DNA of 32,000 bases from Trichodesmium erythraeum IMS101. Its GTDB lineage: Bacteria; Cyanobacteriota; Cyanobacteriia; Cyanobacteriales; Microcoleaceae. This document shows, piece by piece, positions 29,417 through 32,000 of the stretch. The stretch lies in contig NC_008312.1 in NCBI RefSeq assembly GCF_000014265.1, forward strand, positions 6,180,001 through 6,212,000, in the 5' to 3' direction. Numbering within the stretch: the stretch's first letter is position 1; each line of letters begins with the position of its first letter. Position numbers and translations under genes: made by a program. Under the pieces are notes generated by a model that had not been told where the DNA came from, searched no databases, and worked only from the letters and a program-made list of their open reading frames with translations.

Positions 29417-30075
29417 TACTTAGGTGCAAATTAACCCAACTATATAAACAGTATCACAATTTTTTCCGGGGTGCAAATCTAACTACCTCGACGTTTTTAA
29501 TGAGCTTCAGGAAATGATAATGGATTTATGCCCATCACATATAACAGCCTGATGGATTTTTTTGCCTAAAGATATAGTTTTAGTTGAATAAAAAGTCATG
29601 CTTAGGTACGAGTTAGCCCAACTATATAAACAGTATCACAATTTTTTCCGGGGTGCAAATCTAACTACCTCGACGTTTTTAATGAGCTTCAGGAAATGAT
29701 AATGGATTTATGCCCATCACATATAACAGCCTGATGGATTTTTTTTGCCTAAAGATATAGTTTTAGTTGAATAAAAAGTCATGCTTAGGTACGAGTTGAC
29801 CCCACTATATAAACAGTATCACAATTTTTTCCGGGGTGCAAATCTAACTACCTCGACGTTTTTAATGAGCTTCAGAAAATGAAAATGATTTTAGGGCGAT
29901 CGCCTATAACAGCCTGATGGATTTTTTTTTTGCCTAAAGATATAGTTTTAGTTGAATAAAAAGTCATGCTTAGGTACAAGTTAACCCCACTATGTAAATA
30001 GTATCACAATTTTTTCCGGGGTGCAACTCTAACTACTTGGACGTTTTTTTATAAGCTCCAGAAAATGATATAGAT
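29401..30075. repeat. Tandem array of 4 x ~183-bp non-coding units (starts 29401, 29583, 29766, 29951)
   Basis: Each unit starts gttgaataaaaagtcat.cttaggt and contains tatataaacagtatcacaattttttccggggtgcaa.tctaactac. Periods are 182, 183 and 185 bp, the difference lying in a T-run of 7, 8 or 10. The last unit diverges after ~120 bp. Confidence 0.9.
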
Positions 30076-30419
30076 TTTTCCTATTTTTTTAGATATTCTT
30101 TAGACAAAACTCTGTAAAAGAGTATCTTTAAAAAAATTGGCAGATTGAAGATTTTTTTTTGATAAAAGTTAGTAGCTTGAATCATATTTGTAGAGACATT
30201 CTAGAAAGCATCTCTACAGAAATTTTGAGGGCATAAAAATACTTACCAATAGATAATTAATAATTAATCCCCAAAGGCTTAAAACCTATTTTTAAGGATC
30301 AAAAAGAAATAATATTTCCGCATTTGCTTAAATCCTCTTAATTTTAACCGGAGGTAATTATTCATGATTAATTATCCATTATCCATTAATAAATATTCCA
30401 ATAAAAACTAATAATTAAT

Positions 30420-31226
30420 TACTGCTGAAACTGACGAGCGCCGAAAAGATTTTCCTTTGCTTTTGCATCCACATTTTGCATCCGACTCTTACTTAAAACT
30501 GTTAAACCACAACTTACCCCAGGTCGCTGACCAACTGTTTTAAAGCATTACTTTAAATGAGGAAAGTTTGCTAAATTTTGTCCTGGTTTTTCCTGAGGTA
30601 CTATCCAAGGATATATTGCCATATCAGCGATGGAATAATCTCCCGCTACATATTCAAGTTTGGATAGTTGTTTATCTAAAACTCGATACAAACTAGATGT
30701 TTCATTTGTATATCTTTCAATGACATAGGAATTTTTTTTTTGCATATTGACTAAAATTATGAGCTTTTCCTGGCATCGGTATAACAACACCTACTTACAA
30801 AATTAACCATAGAATAACTGGTAGTATTCTCATGTTTTTTTTAGGAAGAAAGCGATCTTTTTTTTATGCTAAATAAAGCAAAATAGCTCCTGATTAAAAG
30901 ATAGAAATAGGATTACCATTAGGTTTGTTGGAGCCATTTAAGTGATTATTTATCAGTTATCAGTACCTCTAGCTGAAGTTAGAGGCTTGAGATAAAGAAT
31001 ATTATCTTTTTTTATCTCCTTAGAAGAGAAGTCTTGAGACAACAATTTTCCGGTCAACAATAACAGACATGTTATCGTTAGGACTAACTTTGATAAACTT
31101 TGGTTGAAATTTACCTCCAGTCATAATATTAACAAGAATTAAATTATAGGGAGTTTCTGTTTCTTCGAGCATTATACTTATTTTCTAACCGTTAGAGGTC
31201 GCCCAGTAATATAAATCAAGAGTCAT
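30420..31226 (-). pseudogene. Decayed Nu-class (YfcG-like) glutathione S-transferase, apparently two fused or partly duplicated fragments
   Basis: Reverse-strand pieces: MTLDLYYWATSNG*KISIMLEE...FQPKFIKVSPNDNMSVIVD; KPNGNPISIF*SGAILLYLA*KKDRFLP; [23 protein letters not shown]; the 80-aa ORF with [30 protein letters not shown]; then FPHLK*CFKTVGQRPGV. Confidence 0.7.
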
Positions 31227-31259
31227 AATTAAAAAAACTCCAATTTTTGTCTATTTTTT

Positions 31260-31958
31260 TTAATTAAAACCCAGATTTTTCCGTCCTATGCCATCAAATA
31301 AATCGAGCATTTTTTCTCGCCAAGCATAAACTGGATCGCTAGTTTCTAAGAGTTTTTTAGGAGACATAGCACGAGCAAATTGAAAAGTAGAAAATACTAG
31401 ATAATCAGCATAGTTTGGTGTTTCTCCTGCTAAGAAAAATTGCTGACTGATAGTGTTTCTTAAAGGCTCTAGAAAACTTTGAAAATTATTAATTTGGTTT
31501 TCTGTAACATCCTTAAATTCTTCTAGAGACTTACCCAAAAAACTTTCACGACTTTCTCGAAAATAAGGCTGGTCTTTTGGATCAATATTTTCAAATACAT
31601 CGTATAAAACTATTGGAGCTAAAATTCCTAATAAGCTGCTATTCCAAGAGTCGATAAACATCGTTTGAGATTTGGCTTCATAACTGCCAAATAAAGAAGG
31701 TTTATCTGGATAAGTTTCCTCTAAGTAATTAGCAATATTCCAAGAATCTGCAACTACTTTATCTCCCTTATTTCCATCAACAATTACAGGAACTGTCTCC
31801 TGATTAGAGAAAGCGATCGCCTCTTTTTCTGTCAGTCGCCAAGGTATAATTTTTACTTCTAAATTTTTGTGTGCTAAAGCCATACGAATTCTCCAACAAA
31901 AGGGACTGAAAGCTCTATTTTCTTCTGCAGCAACCAAGTCGTAAAGTTTAATTACCAT
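31260..31958 (-). CDS. Glutathione S-transferase family protein (thioredoxin-like N-domain with SPFCWR motif)
   Basis: 232-aa intact ORF. The N-terminal GST fold has LYDL...SPFCWRIRMAL..., VPVIVDG...VADSWNIANYLE. The C-terminal domain is helical. The subclass is not determinable by eye. Confidence 0.75.
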   Translation of the reverse strand: MVIKLYDLVAAEENRAFSPFCWRIRMALAHKNLEVKIIPWRLTEKEAIAFSNQETVPVIVDGNKGDKVVADSWNIANYLEETYPDKPSLFGSYEAKSQTMFIDSWNSSLLGILAPIVLYDVFENIDPKDQPYFRESRESFLGKSLEEFKDVTENQINNFQSFLEPLRNTISQQFFLAGETPNYADYLVFSTFQFARAMSPKKLLETSDPVYAWREKMLDLFDGIGRKNLGFN

Positions 31959-32000
31959 AGATTATTTAACCTTTATAATTTGTAAATATATGATTAACTA

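Noticed and set aside
29401-30075. Small 30-aa ORF (MTFYSTKTISLGKKIHQAVICDGHKSIIIS) encoded on the minus strand of each 183-bp unit
   Set aside because: The poly-A/T run inside it varies (7, 8, 10 nt) between units, so the frame is not conserved. The repeat is therefore treated as non-coding.
30548-30790. 80-aa ORF as a stand-alone gene
   Set aside because: It is only the C-terminal-domain portion of a frame-disrupted YfcG-like GST. Upstream and downstream GST-homologous sequence continues in other frames and across stops.

Overview
This is an AT-rich cyanobacterial chromosome segment. It carries many HIP1 GCGATCGC palindromes, and its gene content and heavy gene decay resemble Trichodesmium-type genomes, though that cannot be proven from the sequence alone.

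Ordinary, well-supported genes:
- cysS
- an AI-2E/PerM-type transporter
- a CheY-like response regulator translationally coupled to a receiver-adenylate/guanylate cyclase
- a small Ycf51-like membrane protein
- an RRM-type RNA-binding protein
- the carotenoid pair pds(crtP)-crtB
- a DnaK paralogue followed by a zinc-finger-less DnaJ
- a GST-family gene

The standout locus is a two-gene minus-strand operon at 637-7043. It encodes a 441-aa P-loop ATPase whose stop overlaps (ATGA) the start of a 1694-aa protein. That protein has an uncharacterised N-terminal alpha/beta domain followed by 39 almost nucleotide-identical 34-aa TPR repeats. The repeats differ essentially only at the helix-A positions that form the TPR ligand-binding groove. 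I read this as a candidate split STAND-like NTPase plus hypervariable repeat-sensor module with no recognisable effector. This is unproven.

Other notable items:
- an M48/HtpX-like membrane protein in which two zinc-ligand positions are substituted (REISH, SRRRV)
- a 290-bp tandem duplication of the rbp leader plus first 43 codons
- a 4-kb pseudogene and IS graveyard (IS630, IS5-type, WbsX, TPR fragments)
- an IDO-like pseudogene abutting a 4 x ~183-bp tandem array
- decayed Nu-class GST copies

No rRNA, tRNA or CRISPR array was found.
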